A stretch of DNA of 64,000 bases from an uncultured Acidobacteriota bacterium (GCA_963828465.1 CAWHEU010000018.1:128001-192000); one strand, 5' to 3'; shown: positions 1 to 9,563, counted from the first letter of the stretch. Translations and numbers: made by a program. Notes: generated by a model not told the origin, from the letters alone.

Positions 1-926
1 TCCTCCAGCTGGCGGGCGGTGTCCTCGAGAGCACGCTTATTGATCTCCCCACCGGTTCCCTCGTCGAGGAGGCTGAGCGGCGGCAGCTTGTAGCCGCTGT
101 TCTTCGGTTCTCCTGACGGTGGTGGCACCGGGAGCGGTTTCGGCTTCGGAGTGACGGCCTCTTGGGGCTTCTCGGCCTTCGGACGAGAGGGCTTTGGCCA
201 CGCGTGTCGCCCCCGAACGTCAGGTGCCGGTTTGGCGATCCGATCGGACACCTCAGCAGCACGCTCGGCACGAGCGCCGATCACGGCAGTGGACGCCATG
301 GTCCGGGTCGACCGGTACAGGTCGGCGATGCCTGCGGCCAACTCACGAACACTGGTCTGGGTCATGATGAGCACGCCCATCCCCATCGCCGAGGCGAGCA
401 CGACGAAGGCCCCCCACATTCCGAGGATCCTCCGCATAGGGAACGCAATCAAAGAACCGACTGCGCCACCGCGGTCCTCGACCAGTTCCAGGCTCGGCGC
501 CAAGGCCACGGCCCCGGTCATGAGGTGGAACAGGGCGAGTGAGCCGATGAAGGTGACGATGCCACCGGCGACCAGGCGCTTGGCGCCGTCCCTCGGCTTG
601 CCGACGATCATCGCCACTCCAATGCCGGCCAGTGCCACCGGGAGGGCGAATCGCCACACCCCGAACAGGAATCGGCTTCCGCCGGCCATTCCCTCGCCAA
701 CCGGGCCGGCGAGATCGACAAAGGCAAGCAAGATCAGGATGGCGAGAACCACGAGGATCATGCCCCAGATGTCGTCGGTCTGACGCCCGAGGGTGTTGCG
801 CACCGAGCCGCGGACCGCCTCCAGCTTCAGGCGGATCGCGCTCAGTGGCGCTGTCTTCTTTTTCTTCGCTGTGGACACCCGTCTCCGCCCGGAGGACCCC
901 TTCCGGGTGGGTGTCCTGGTTCCCAT
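1..926 (-). CDS. ftsK: DNA translocase FtsK/SpoIIIE, N-terminal part (runs off window start)
   Basis: Not in the ORF track; read manually from ATG at 926: MGTRTPTRKG...DDIWGMILVVLAILILL (TM segments), Pro/Lys-rich linker, then YKLPPLSLLDEG...ALEDTARQLE, the typical start of the FtsK motor domain; dapA-rnj-ftsK order is common in actinobacteria. Confidence 0.85.
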   Translation of the reverse strand, partial: MGTRTPTRKGSSGRRRVSTAKKKKTAPLSAIRLKLEAVRGSVRNTLGRQTDDIWGMILVVLAILILLAFVDLAGPVGEGMAGGSRFLFGVWRFALPVALAGIGVAMIVGKPRDGAKRLVAGGIVTFIGSLALFHLMTGAVALAPSLELVEDRGGAVGSLIAFPMRRILGMWGAFVVLASAMGMGVLIMTQTSVRELAAGIADLYRSTRTMASTAVIGARAERAAEVSDRIAKPAPDVRGRHAWPKPSRPKAEKPQEAVTPKPKPLPVPPPSGEPKNSGYKLPPLSLLDEGTGGEINKRALEDTARQLE

Positions 927-1051
927 GTGCTCTGAAACAATACATGGGAGTTGGATTTGGTCGTGGAATGCTCCTCTGAGGTCTAGGTCGAGCCGAACCT
1001 GAGGCGACTCGACCCGCATCCGGGCCGGGGAACCTGAGGTTCGCTGCCGGG

Positions 1052-2686
1052 CTAGAGCTCCATCACCACCGGGACGATCACTGGGCGGCGGGCGGTTTCG
1101 GCGCGTATGACCCGGCCGACGGCCTGACGGATCGTCTTCTGCAGCTCGCCGATGTCTGACCGGCCCGAGGCATGCTCCCCGATGGCCTCGGTCACGGCGT
1201 CCGCCGCTTTGGTCAGGACCGTGGCCGGGTCGTCCATCAGACCGTGGCTGTCCAGATCCGGCCCGTAGAGGACCGCTCCTGTGTCATGGTCGATGCCGAC
1301 TGTGACCACGACCACACCCTCGTCGGCGAGATGAGAGCGGTCTCGCAGGACGGCCGACTGGACATCTCCAACGGCAGAGCCGTCGAGATAGACGTATCCG
1401 GCCGGCACGGCTCTCCGCTGGACCTGGGTCTTCTTCCCGTTGAGGATCACGCGATCGCCGTCCTCCAGGACGTCGACGTGACGCACACCCATCTGTCGAG
1501 CCAGCTCGGCATGAGCGTGAAGATGCCGGTACTCCCCGTGGACCGGCACGAAGGCCTGGGGCCGTACCAGGTTGAGGAAGGTGAGCAACTCCTCCCGGTT
1601 GGCGTGGCCGGACACGTGGACATTGGCATTCGTCCCATGCACCACGCGCGCACCACGTCGTATCAGGTTGGAGATCACCTTCGAGACCGCCGTCTCGTTG
1701 CCCGGGATGGGCTTGGCCGAGATGAGAACGGTGTCGCCGTCACCGAGCTCGACGAACTTGTGCTGGCCCTGGGACATCAGAGACAGCGCTGCGAACGGCT
1801 CACCCTGACTGCCGGTCGTGATCAGGAGCTGTTGGTTCGCTGGCAGTTGCGCCAGGTCCTTGATGTCCATCACCGATTTCTGGGGGACATCCAGTTCCTT
1901 CAACTCGGCGGCGAGGCCGGTGTTGCGGTGCATCGAGCGACCGAAGAACGCGACCTTGCGGCCGTTGCGAATGCCGGCATCGGCGATTTGCTGGACCCGA
2001 TGTATGTGGGAGGCGAAGCAGGCGGCGATGACTCGTCCGCCGGAGTCCCGGATGACATCTGCGATCGGCTGGCCCACCGAGCTCTCCGAGGGCTCGAACC
2101 CCGGTCTCTCCGCATTGGTGGAGTCGGCGAGTAAGAGTCGCACTCCGCGTCGGCCCAAGTTGGCGAAAGCCGGAAGGTCGGTCGGCACCCCGTTGATCGG
2201 CGTCGGATCGAGTTTGAAGTCCCCTGAGTGGAGAACCACGCCTTCGGGAGTCTCCATGGCCACGGCGGTGGCGTCGGGGACCGAGTGACTGACCGGGATC
2301 AGCTGGAAGCGAAATGGCCCGTGATCGACCCACTTTTTGACCTGGACCTGCCGGAGGTCGGCCTCCACGCCGAGCTCATCGATCCGTCCTCGGGCCAGCT
2401 CGATTGTGAACTTGGTGCCGTAGACAGGCACATTTACGTCCCGGAGGAAGTAGGCGAGAGCGCCGGTGTGATCCTCGTGTCCATGGGTCAAGACGACACA
2501 TTCGACATCGTCCGATCGTTCGATGAGCCAGGACCAATCGGGGAACACCAGATCGACGCCGAGCATGTCCTCCTCGGGGAACATGAGGCCACAGTCGATG
2601 AGTGCGATCTTCCCGTCGACCTCGACAGCCGCACAGTTTCGGCCGATCTCCCCGAGACCGCCGAGAAATGTGACGGAGACGCTCAC
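1052..2686 (-). CDS. rnj: Ribonuclease J
   Basis: GGLGEIGRN N-terminus, THGHEDH MBL motif, GDFK, TTGSQGEP, HVSGH, PVHGE, C-terminal RRPVIVPVV. Confidence 0.96.
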   Translation of the reverse strand: MSVSVTFLGGLGEIGRNCAAVEVDGKIALIDCGLMFPEEDMLGVDLVFPDWSWLIERSDDVECVVLTHGHEDHTGALAYFLRDVNVPVYGTKFTIELARGRIDELGVEADLRQVQVKKWVDHGPFRFQLIPVSHSVPDATAVAMETPEGVVLHSGDFKLDPTPINGVPTDLPAFANLGRRGVRLLLADSTNAERPGFEPSESSVGQPIADVIRDSGGRVIAACFASHIHRVQQIADAGIRNGRKVAFFGRSMHRNTGLAAELKELDVPQKSVMDIKDLAQLPANQQLLITTGSQGEPFAALSLMSQGQHKFVELGDGDTVLISAKPIPGNETAVSKVISNLIRRGARVVHGTNANVHVSGHANREELLTFLNLVRPQAFVPVHGEYRHLHAHAELARQMGVRHVDVLEDGDRVILNGKKTQVQRRAVPAGYVYLDGSAVGDVQSAVLRDRSHLADEGVVVVTVGIDHDTGAVLYGPDLDSHGLMDDPATVLTKAADAVTEAIGEHASGRSDIGELQKTIRQAVGRVIRAETARRPVIVPVVMEL

Positions 2687-3576
2687 AAGCCCTGGAGGGC
2701 GCCGACCGCCTTCTCGACGGCGACCAGGGTCTCCTCGGACGCTCTCACCAGTGGAGGCCTGACATCACCGACCGGCTCCCAGAGCCGGTCCATGGCGCCC
2801 TTCACCGGTGACGGGTTGGTCTCGAGGAAACATGCTTCACACAGAGGCAGGAGCAGATGGTGGAGCCGGCGGGCCTCGGCGAGATCTCCGGCCAGCGCCG
2901 CCCGCACCATCGCGGCAACCGCTCTCCCCGCGAGATGTGAGACCACCGACACCACGCCCACAGCACCGATCGCCATCATGGGCCAGGTGTACGAGTCCTG
3001 GCCGCAATAGACGGTGAGGCCGGGCACCCGATTGATGGTGTGACCCGTGAACTCGATGTCCAGGGCGGCATCCTTCACGGCGACGATGCTCTCGTGTTCG
3101 GCGAGCCGGGCCAAGGTGTCGATTTCGATCCGCGTGCCGGTTCGGCCGGGGATGTTGTACAGCATGACTGGCAAACCGACATCGGCGATTGCGCTGAAAT
3201 GTCCTACCAAGCCGGCCTGATCGGGCTTGTTGTAATACGGGGTCACAGCCAGCACGCCGGCACAACCGAGTTCGGCCGCCCTGCCGGAGAGCTCCACCGA
3301 TTCCGCTGTGTTGTAGGTGCCGGTCCCGGCGATCACGTGGGTGTCCTTGCCGGCTACCGCGTCGACGACCGTCTTGTAGAGGGCCAGCTTCTCGACGCTG
3401 CTTAGGGTCGGGGACTCACCGGTAGTCCCGGTGACGACAAGGGCGTCGCTTCCGTTGTCGGACAGGAAGCGGGCAAGACGCCATGCCTTCTCGTGATCGA
3501 CGTCACCCGAGACAGTGAACGGGGTGATCATGGCCGTGGCCACATTGCCGAACGGCGCGGGCAGGAATGAGCTCAC
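2683..3576 (-). CDS. dapA: 4-hydroxy-tetrahydrodipicolinate synthase
   Basis: AMITPF, GTTGESPTL, TPYYNKP, LYNIPGRTG, AVKDA, ETNPSPVK; start trimmed to GTG at 3576. Confidence 0.95.
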   Translation of the reverse strand: MSSFLPAPFGNVATAMITPFTVSGDVDHEKAWRLARFLSDNGSDALVVTGTTGESPTLSSVEKLALYKTVVDAVAGKDTHVIAGTGTYNTAESVELSGRAAELGCAGVLAVTPYYNKPDQAGLVGHFSAIADVGLPVMLYNIPGRTGTRIEIDTLARLAEHESIVAVKDAALDIEFTGHTINRVPGLTVYCGQDSYTWPMMAIGAVGVVSVVSHLAGRAVAAMVRAALAGDLAEARRLHHLLLPLCEACFLETNPSPVKGAMDRLWEPVGDVRPPLVRASEETLVAVEKAVGALQGL

Positions 3577-3614
3577 CGGACCCAGGTTACCGATCGATCC
3601 ACTAGAACACCCGC

Positions 3615-5102
3615 ATGGAGCTGCGTCTGCCCGCGCCCTGCCTGGTGGTGTTGATCGGCGCCTCCAGTTCGGGCAAGAGCAGCTGGGCGGCCACGACGTT
3701 TCGCGAGACAGAGATCGTCTCCTCGGATCGCCTTCGGGGGATGGTGGGCGCCGGTGAGGACGATCAGCAGGCCGGTACGGCTGCTTTCTCGATCCTGGAA
3801 CAGATCGTGGCAGAGCGAATGCGCCGGCGGCTGACGACGGTGGTCGACACGCTCGGCTTGGACCGGGACAATCGACGGAGATGGGCGGGTCTGGCCCACG
3901 AGGCTGGGCTCCCAGCCTTCGCCGTCGTGTTCGACACCCCGGCGCACCAAGCCCGGGCCCGCAACACGGAGCGCCCACGACCCATCCCGAAGTCGGTGCT
4001 CGACAAGCAGCTGAGCAGGTTTCGAGCCGTCCGGGCAGAGATCGACGACGATGGTTTCGACCGCGTCATCGTCGAACAGCCCGTGGCCCTGGTGGCCCCC
4101 TCGATCGCCGTCGCCAAAGACGAAGCAGCCGAGGACCGATCGGCCACGGCGGGACATCGTTTCGGGCTCGTGATCAACAGATTCGATTGGGACGAGGATC
4201 GATCCCAGATGGCGCCCCGCCTTGCCTCCATCGCCTCTCGGGCAGAAGCCGCCGGATTCGACGACCTGTGGGTGATGGACCACTTCCGCCAGATCCCCCA
4301 GGTCGGGCGCCAATGGGAGGACATTCCCGAGGCCTACACCGCGCTGGCATTCCTGGCCGGGGTCACCAGCAGGATCAGGTTGGGAACGCTCGTTACCGGG
4401 ATCGGGCACCGCCATCCTGTGGTCCTGGGGAAGACGGTGGCCACCTTGGATGTCCTCTCCGGGGGCCGGGTGAACCTTGGTCTGGGCATCGGATGGGATC
4501 GGGCGGAGCACGAAGGCTATGGGATCCCGTTCCCACGTGTTCCGGCTCGGTACGACCAGCTGGAAGACACCCTTCGCATGCTCCCACTCCTCTGGGGCAA
4601 GGGCTCTCCATCTTTCTCAGGCAACACGTTCTCCGCATCGGAATTGATCTGTTACCCCCGACCCATCCAGGACCCCATCCCGATCCTCATCGGAGGGTCC
4701 GGCGAGAAACGGACGCTGCGGCTGGTCGCCAGATATGCCGACGCCTGCAATCTCTTCGGCCGTCCCGATGTCATACGGCGCAAGGTCGGAATACTTCACC
4801 AGCATTGTGCGGAGGTCGAGCGGGACCCTGCGGAGGTCGAGGTCTCACACCTTGTGAATGTGATGACAGCGACAGACCGGGAGACCTTGCGAGAGCGAGT
4901 TGAGCTGCTGCGAGGGCGAAACATGTCAGCCGAGGCGTTCATGGCCCGGCACAACGCCGGCACCATCGAGGACCAACTCGATCACATGACCGGCTATCGC
5001 GCAGCTGGGGCGAGCCACTCGATGGTGGCAATTCCCGACGTGCATCTCGACGGCAGCATCGAGGCATTCGGCGAGGTGATCGAAGGCACGCACCACCCTT
5101 AG
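3615..5102 (+). CDS. Fusion: AAA_33/PNKP-like P-loop kinase domain + LLM-class (probably F420-dependent) oxidoreductase
   Basis: N-term GASSSGKS, SSDRLRG, VVDTLGL, RARN..RPRPIP; C-term WVMDHFRQIP, RIRLGTLVT, LSGGRVNLGLGIGW, PILIGGSGEKRTLRLVARYAD. Confidence 0.85.
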   Translation: MELRLPAPCLVVLIGASSSGKSSWAATTFRETEIVSSDRLRGMVGAGEDDQQAGTAAFSILEQIVAERMRRRLTTVVDTLGLDRDNRRRWAGLAHEAGLPAFAVVFDTPAHQARARNTERPRPIPKSVLDKQLSRFRAVRAEIDDDGFDRVIVEQPVALVAPSIAVAKDEAAEDRSATAGHRFGLVINRFDWDEDRSQMAPRLASIASRAEAAGFDDLWVMDHFRQIPQVGRQWEDIPEAYTALAFLAGVTSRIRLGTLVTGIGHRHPVVLGKTVATLDVLSGGRVNLGLGIGWDRAEHEGYGIPFPRVPARYDQLEDTLRMLPLLWGKGSPSFSGNTFSASELICYPRPIQDPIPILIGGSGEKRTLRLVARYADACNLFGRPDVIRRKVGILHQHCAEVERDPAEVEVSHLVNVMTATDRETLRERVELLRGRNMSAEAFMARHNAGTIEDQLDHMTGYRAAGASHSMVAIPDVHLDGSIEAFGEVIEGTHHP

Positions 5103-5111
5103 ACTGGCGCC

Positions 5112-5696
5112 ATGTCTGCTACCTCAACGATGCTCCCGCTCGGAACAAAGGCGCCCGACTTCACCCTGCGAGATGTCGTCTCGGAACGAGACGTCTCTCT
5201 TGGCGATTTCGACGGCTCGAAGGGCATGCTCGTCATGTTCATCTGCAATCACTGCCCCTATGTCCAGCACGTCCGCGACGAGCTGGCGCGCTTCGGGATG
5301 GACTACCAGGACTCCGATCTCGGGATCGTGGCGATATCCGCCAACGACGCCGACCAGTATCCGGACGACGGCCCCGATGCGATGAGGAAGGAAGCCGTTC
5401 GCTATGGCTACACCTTCCCCTACCTGTTCGATGCCGACCAGAGCGTGGCTGCCGCCTACACGGCCATGTGCACGCCCGACTTCTTCCTGTTCGATTCGAA
5501 TCGAGAGTTGGCATATCGAGGCCGTTTCGACGAATCGAGGCCAAACAGCGGGATCGCGGTCACCGGCGCCGACCTACGCGCAGCCGTCAACGCAGTCCTG
5601 TCCGGGCAGCCGGCAAGTTCCGAGCAATTGCCCTCGATGGGCTGCTCGATCAAGTGGAAGCCAGGCAACACCCCAGCCTATGTCGGGGCGGCTTGA
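5112..5696 (+). CDS. Thioredoxin-fold AhpC/TSA family protein
   Basis: APDFTL, FICNHCPYV, CTPDFFLFD, YRGRFD, SMGCSIKWK. Confidence 0.9.
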   Translation: MSATSTMLPLGTKAPDFTLRDVVSERDVSLGDFDGSKGMLVMFICNHCPYVQHVRDELARFGMDYQDSDLGIVAISANDADQYPDDGPDAMRKEAVRYGYTFPYLFDADQSVAAAYTAMCTPDFFLFDSNRELAYRGRFDESRPNSGIAVTGADLRAAVNAVLSGQPASSEQLPSMGCSIKWKPGNTPAYVGAA

Positions 5697-5748
5697 CCGA
5701 AGCCTCATCCGCTCCACGTTCTACGTTTTCGACAGAAAGAGAGGCCGC

Positions 5749-6258
5749 GTGGCCAACCAATACCCGTCTCCCCCCGAGCTCACCATCGATCTGGACAAGG
5801 GCTACACAGCGACCCTCGACACCAATCACGGCGAGATCGTCATCGAGCTCGACCCCGCTCGCTCACCCCAGACCGTCAACAACTTCGTCTTCCTGGCCCG
5901 CGACGGGTATTACGACGGAGTCATCTTTCATCGAGTCATCAAGAACTTCATGATCCAGGGCGGCGACCCGACCGGCACCGGAACCGGTGGCCCCGGCTAC
6001 AAGTTCCGCGACGAGATCGAGGGCCCGGGCGGCTATTCGAGGGGGACGGTGGCCATGGCCAACGCCGGGCCCAACACCAACGGCTCCCAGTTCTTCATCT
6101 GCCACAGCGACGCCAGCCTGCCTCACTCCTACACCATCTTCGGGAAGGTGACGTCAGGGATGGAGGCCGTGGACTCGATCGCCACAACAACGACCGATCG
6201 CGGCGACAGGCCCGAATCAGAAGTGGTCATCAACAAGATGACTATCTCGGAGAGCTAG
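5749..6258 (+). CDS. Cyclophilin-type peptidyl-prolyl cis-trans isomerase
   Basis: FHRVIKNFMIQGGDPTGTGTGGPGY, AMANAGPNTNGSQFFI; GTG start at 5749. Confidence 0.95.
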   Translation: MANQYPSPPELTIDLDKGYTATLDTNHGEIVIELDPARSPQTVNNFVFLARDGYYDGVIFHRVIKNFMIQGGDPTGTGTGGPGYKFRDEIEGPGGYSRGTVAMANAGPNTNGSQFFICHSDASLPHSYTIFGKVTSGMEAVDSIATTTTDRGDRPESEVVINKMTISES

Positions 6259-6875
6259 CCGGTGCGGACGATCCGCGCCAACCATGCACGTGCCGGTTCC
6301 GGTGCCCAATGCTCCTTGACCTCGATGAGCGCCGGTTCGATCCGCTGAATCACCCAACCGTCGGCGAAGGAATCGAAGAGCTCCGTCTGAGTCACACGAC
6401 GCGGCCCCTCCTCGCCGGGTGTGTGCTCGGAGAAGCACAGGAGATGGAGCACACCGCCTGTCTCGATCGCCGAGGACAGACTCTGGACATAGCGAGGTCG
6501 CCCGTCATCGTCGAAGAGGTGAAACACGGCTGAGTCGATGATCGTCGCGAAGCGCCGATTCAGCCCATCCAGTTCGAGGGCATCACCCACGAGAAAGGTC
6601 ACACCCAGACCACGTTGCTCTGCCTTCGACCGTGCTCGGTCGATCGCGATGGTGGATATATCCATCCCGACGACTTCCAGCCCTCGGGCGGCAAACAACA
6701 GAGAGTGCTCGCCCGTCCCACAACCTATGTCGAGGACGGGAGGAATGATCTCGCCGGCAGCCTCGAGATCGATCCACGCCTGCTGGGGGTGACCTATGTC
6801 CCACGGAGCCCACTCGTCGACATAGGCCCGATCCCACTCCGCCCCGTGCGCCTCTGACCTCTCTTCGGGTACCAC
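6255..6875 (-). CDS. Class I SAM-dependent methyltransferase
   Basis: PWDIG, VLDIGCGTG, FLVGDAL, IDSAVFH. Confidence 0.9.
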   Translation of the reverse strand: MVPEERSEAHGAEWDRAYVDEWAPWDIGHPQQAWIDLEAAGEIIPPVLDIGCGTGEHSLLFAARGLEVVGMDISTIAIDRARSKAEQRGLGVTFLVGDALELDGLNRRFATIIDSAVFHLFDDDGRPRYVQSLSSAIETGGVLHLLCFSEHTPGEEGPRRVTQTELFDSFADGWVIQRIEPALIEVKEHWAPEPARAWLARIVRTG

Positions 6876-6954
6876 GGGCCGATCCTACGGCTACGGGTAA
6901 AGGTCAGGCTCCGCGTTTTCGTCACATGCGCGCGGGAATTCCACTACATTTCCG

Positions 6955-7082
6955 CCCGCTGCTTCGGCGGCGACTCGTTGGCTTCCCGTCCAGCATTGCG
7001 ACCGGATCGAGGGCAGGGTCGTACCGGACACATGGCGAAGGGCTGCCAAGAGGCCCTTCAATTAGAAAGGATGACGGGAGTC
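6955..7082 (+). promoter_or_regulatory. Structured 5' leader of the RRM gene (putative cis-regulatory RNA)
   Basis: cgctgc-TTCG-gcggcg hairpin 6957-6972; gaagggc/gcccttc hairpin 7037-7059; ttcccgtc 6983-6990 complementary to gacgggag 7073-7080 just before the ATG. Confidence 0.4.
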
Positions 7083-7343
7083 ATGAACATCTATGTGGGG
7101 AATCTTCCCTTCACCACAACCGCCGCCGATCTCGAGACCCTGTTTGGTGAGTACGGGGCAGTGGACAACGCTGCAATCATCAATGACCGTGAGACCGGCC
7201 GCTCCCGTGGCTTCGGATTCGTCGAGATGGCGAACGACGCCGGCGCCAAGGCGATCGAGGAGCTCGACGGGGCCGACTACAACGGCCGGAACCTCAAGGT
7301 CAACGAGGCGAGGCCACGCGAGGAGCGAGGTCCGCGTCGCTGA
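7083..7343 (+). CDS. RRM (RNP) RNA-binding protein
   Basis: RNP2 IYVGNL, RNP1 RGFGFVEM, LKVNEARPRE; ATG at 7083 after AGAAAGGA. Confidence 0.95.
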   Translation: MNIYVGNLPFTTTAADLETLFGEYGAVDNAAIINDRETGRSRGFGFVEMANDAGAKAIEELDGADYNGRNLKVNEARPREERGPRR

Positions 7344-7395
7344 GCGACGCCTGATCGACACCGTCGCTGAGCGACGCCTGATCGACACCGTCGCT
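7335..7395. repeat. 27-bp tandem repeat (2 full copies + 7 bp) containing a palindrome, between convergent genes
   Basis: Unit cgtcgctgagcgacgcctgatcgacac at 7335-7361 and 7362-7388, partial 7389-7395; core cgtcgct-g-agcgacg is an inverted repeat. Confidence 0.9.
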
Positions 7396-7397
7396 AT

Positions 7398-8189
7398 CTA
7401 GACCGACCGATCCCGATGATCGTGCCGCCCCGGGACGGGGCGGTGGGCTGGATCGTCGATGAACAGCCTCTCCCCCTCTACATGGAGGAGATTGGGCCCG
7501 TAGGCGGCTGTCAGATTCTCCACCGTCAGGACTTCTTCGGCCGCGCCCGAGGCAACAACGCGGCCCGATAGCAGAATCACGTGATCGGCCACCTGGGCTT
7601 CGGCCAGGTCGTGGGTCGTCATGACGATGGTGCACCCCGTCTGAGTCTCGTCGTGGATGACACTGTCGATGGCCTGAGCGGAGGTCAGGTCCAGTCCGGT
7701 CAATGGCTCGTCGAGGAGCAGGATCTCGTGCTCTTGGGCAAGGCCCTGTGCCACCAGGACGCGCTGACGCTGCCCTCCCGACAGCTCGCGTAAGTGCCGT
7801 CCGGCGAGGTGGCTGATCCCCATCCGCCCCATAGCCTCGTTTACTGCGACATGGTCCCCAGTGTCGAGACGACGGGCGTTGGAGCCGGCGTATCTCCCCA
7901 TCGTCACTACTTCCCTGACGGTCACCGGCAACGTGTCGTTGACCTTGGTGCTCTGCAACACGTAAGAGATCCTCTGATCCGACCCATCCGGTCCGAGCAC
8001 CTCGATCGACCCACCGATTGGATCGATGAGACCCGCCATGGCGCCGAGGAGGGTCGACTTCCCCGATCCGTTGGGGCCGATCAAGACGGTGATCCCACCC
8101 CTCGGGATCTCGAAGGACGACGCGGCGAGAGCGATGTTCGGACCGTACGCCAGAACCAGATCCTCCCCTCTGACGGCCACGGGTCTCAC
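7398..8189 (-). CDS. znuC: Zn/Mn ABC transporter ATP-binding subunit
   Basis: GPNGSGKST, LSGGQRQR, LLLDEP, TTHDL; GTG at 8189 overlaps the upstream Fur-family stop (GTGA). Confidence 0.9.
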   Translation of the reverse strand: MRPVAVRGEDLVLAYGPNIALAASSFEIPRGGITVLIGPNGSGKSTLLGAMAGLIDPIGGSIEVLGPDGSDQRISYVLQSTKVNDTLPVTVREVVTMGRYAGSNARRLDTGDHVAVNEAMGRMGISHLAGRHLRELSGGQRQRVLVAQGLAQEHEILLLDEPLTGLDLTSAQAIDSVIHDETQTGCTIVMTTHDLAEAQVADHVILLSGRVVASGAAEEVLTVENLTAAYGPNLLHVEGERLFIDDPAHRPVPGRHDHRDRSV

Positions 8190-8620
8190 CGGCACCTCGC
8201 GCAACGGCCGTCTACCTCGAGCGAGTGGCCGCCGGCCGAGAAGGAGGCCCACGCCGACACCTGGCCGACAAGACGCTCCAACTCCACTTCCAGCGGCTCC
8301 GGGAGCTCGATGTCCTCGACCGCCCCGCACTCGATGCACACGAGATGGTGGTGATGACCGGCGAGCCACTCGGCCATCTCATACCTGGTGATTCCCCTTG
8401 CGCCGTGATGCGGCTCGACCACACCCGCCTCCTCGAGCACCGCCAGCGTCCGGTACACCGATGAGACCGGCACCGCCCCTCCCATCTCCAGATGAAGTTC
8501 GGCCGCCGAAAGCGGCCCGTCCACTCGTTCCAGTGCGGATACGACGTGGCGTCTCCCCGCTGTGTAGCGAACACCCGCCTCGGCGAGCCGCTCCTCGATC
8601 TGTCGGTCCTGGACTGGCAT
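8186..8620 (-). CDS. zur: Fur-family regulator, probably Zur
   Basis: SSVYRTL helix, HHHHLVCIECG, terminal CARC; next to a Zn ABC transporter and a Zur-type box. Confidence 0.85.
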   Translation of the reverse strand: MPVQDRQIEERLAEAGVRYTAGRRHVVSALERVDGPLSAAELHLEMGGAVPVSSVYRTLAVLEEAGVVEPHHGARGITRYEMAEWLAGHHHHLVCIECGAVEDIELPEPLEVELERLVGQVSAWASFSAGGHSLEVDGRCARCR

Positions 8621-8644
8621 TTGTCGGTTACCCGATCCTACCCT

Positions 8645-8665
8645 TGTTGATAATGATTCTCATTA
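8645..8665. promoter_or_regulatory. Zur box between divergent zur-znuC and znuA-znuB
   Basis: TGTTGATAATGATTCTCATTA fits the actinobacterial Zur pattern (TnTTGAnAAnnnTTnTCATTA); contains ataatga-ttc-tcattat dyad; AT-rich island in GC-rich DNA. Confidence 0.8.
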
Positions 8666-8675
8666 TAGGCATGAG

Positions 8676-9563
8676 ATGAGAAACGCCGGCAGGCTCCTGC
8701 TTCTGGCCCTGACACTCGCCGCCTGCGCCGGTGGCACAGAAGACGCTGAGGAGGGTCTGGCGGTCGTGGCCACCACCTCGATCGTCGGTGACATCGCAGC
8801 CGCAGTGGTTGGCGACGAAGGGGACGTGGAGGTACTGATCCCGATCGGTGTCGACGCTCACGACTTCTCCCCCTCCTCCCAGCAGGCGAGCCTGCTGGCG
8901 ACGGCCGACCTGGTGCTCGCCAATGGGTTGGGCCTCGAAGCCGGGTTGGAAGACGTGCTCGCATCCGTGGCGGACGACGGGGTGCAGGTGTTGGAGCTGG
9001 CTCCCTTGATCGAACCGATCGAATTCCGTGATGGTGGCGCCCTCGACCCCCATTTCTGGATGGATCCCGTGCGGGTCGGCGATGCCGCTCACGCCGTGGC
9101 CGAGGCACTCGATGCCCACCATCCCGGTGGCTGGCAGGAACGCGCTGCTTCCTACGCCGCCGGAATGGAGGCGTCCGATGTGGAAATTGAGGGAGTCCTC
9201 GCCGTCGTGCCGCAGGATCACCGGGAGATGGTGACCAACCACGAGGCATTCGGGTACTTCGCCGCCCGTTACGGGTTCGAGACGATCGGCGTGGTGATCC
9301 CGGGTGGTTCAACGCTCACCGAGCCATCTTCGGCGGAGCTTGCCGATCTGGTCGAGGTCATGGAGCAATCGGGCACGAGTGCGATCTTCGCCGAGACGAC
9401 TCAGCCGACCGCACTCGCCGAGGCGGTGGCCGCGGAGCTCGGCGACGATGTCGAGGTCGTGGAGCTGTTCACCGAATCTCTGGGTGGGCCGGGATCGGGG
9501 GCCGAAACGCTCTCGGAGATGCTTCTCACCAATGCTCGGCGAATCTCGGAGGCCCTGGGATGA
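8676..9563 (+). CDS. znuA: Metal (Zn) ABC transporter substrate-binding lipoprotein
   Basis: Lipobox LAAC, DAHDFSPS, DPHFWMDP, TNHEAFGYFA, IFAE. Confidence 0.92.
   Translation: MRNAGRLLLLALTLAACAGGTEDAEEGLAVVATTSIVGDIAAAVVGDEGDVEVLIPIGVDAHDFSPSSQQASLLATADLVLANGLGLEAGLEDVLASVADDGVQVLELAPLIEPIEFRDGGALDPHFWMDPVRVGDAAHAVAEALDAHHPGGWQERAASYAAGMEASDVEIEGVLAVVPQDHREMVTNHEAFGYFAARYGFETIGVVIPGGSTLTEPSSAELADLVEVMEQSGTSAIFAETTQPTALAEAVAAELGDDVEVVELFTESLGGPGSGAETLSEMLLTNARRISEALG

Noticed and set aside
151-945. ORF-track calls 151-783 (+) and 343-945 (-)
   Set aside because: The real gene is ftsK in another minus frame that runs off the window edge.
7335-7395. Palindromic 27-bp repeat as a mini CRISPR array
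   Set aside because: Units are contiguous with no spacers, and there are no cas genes in the window.
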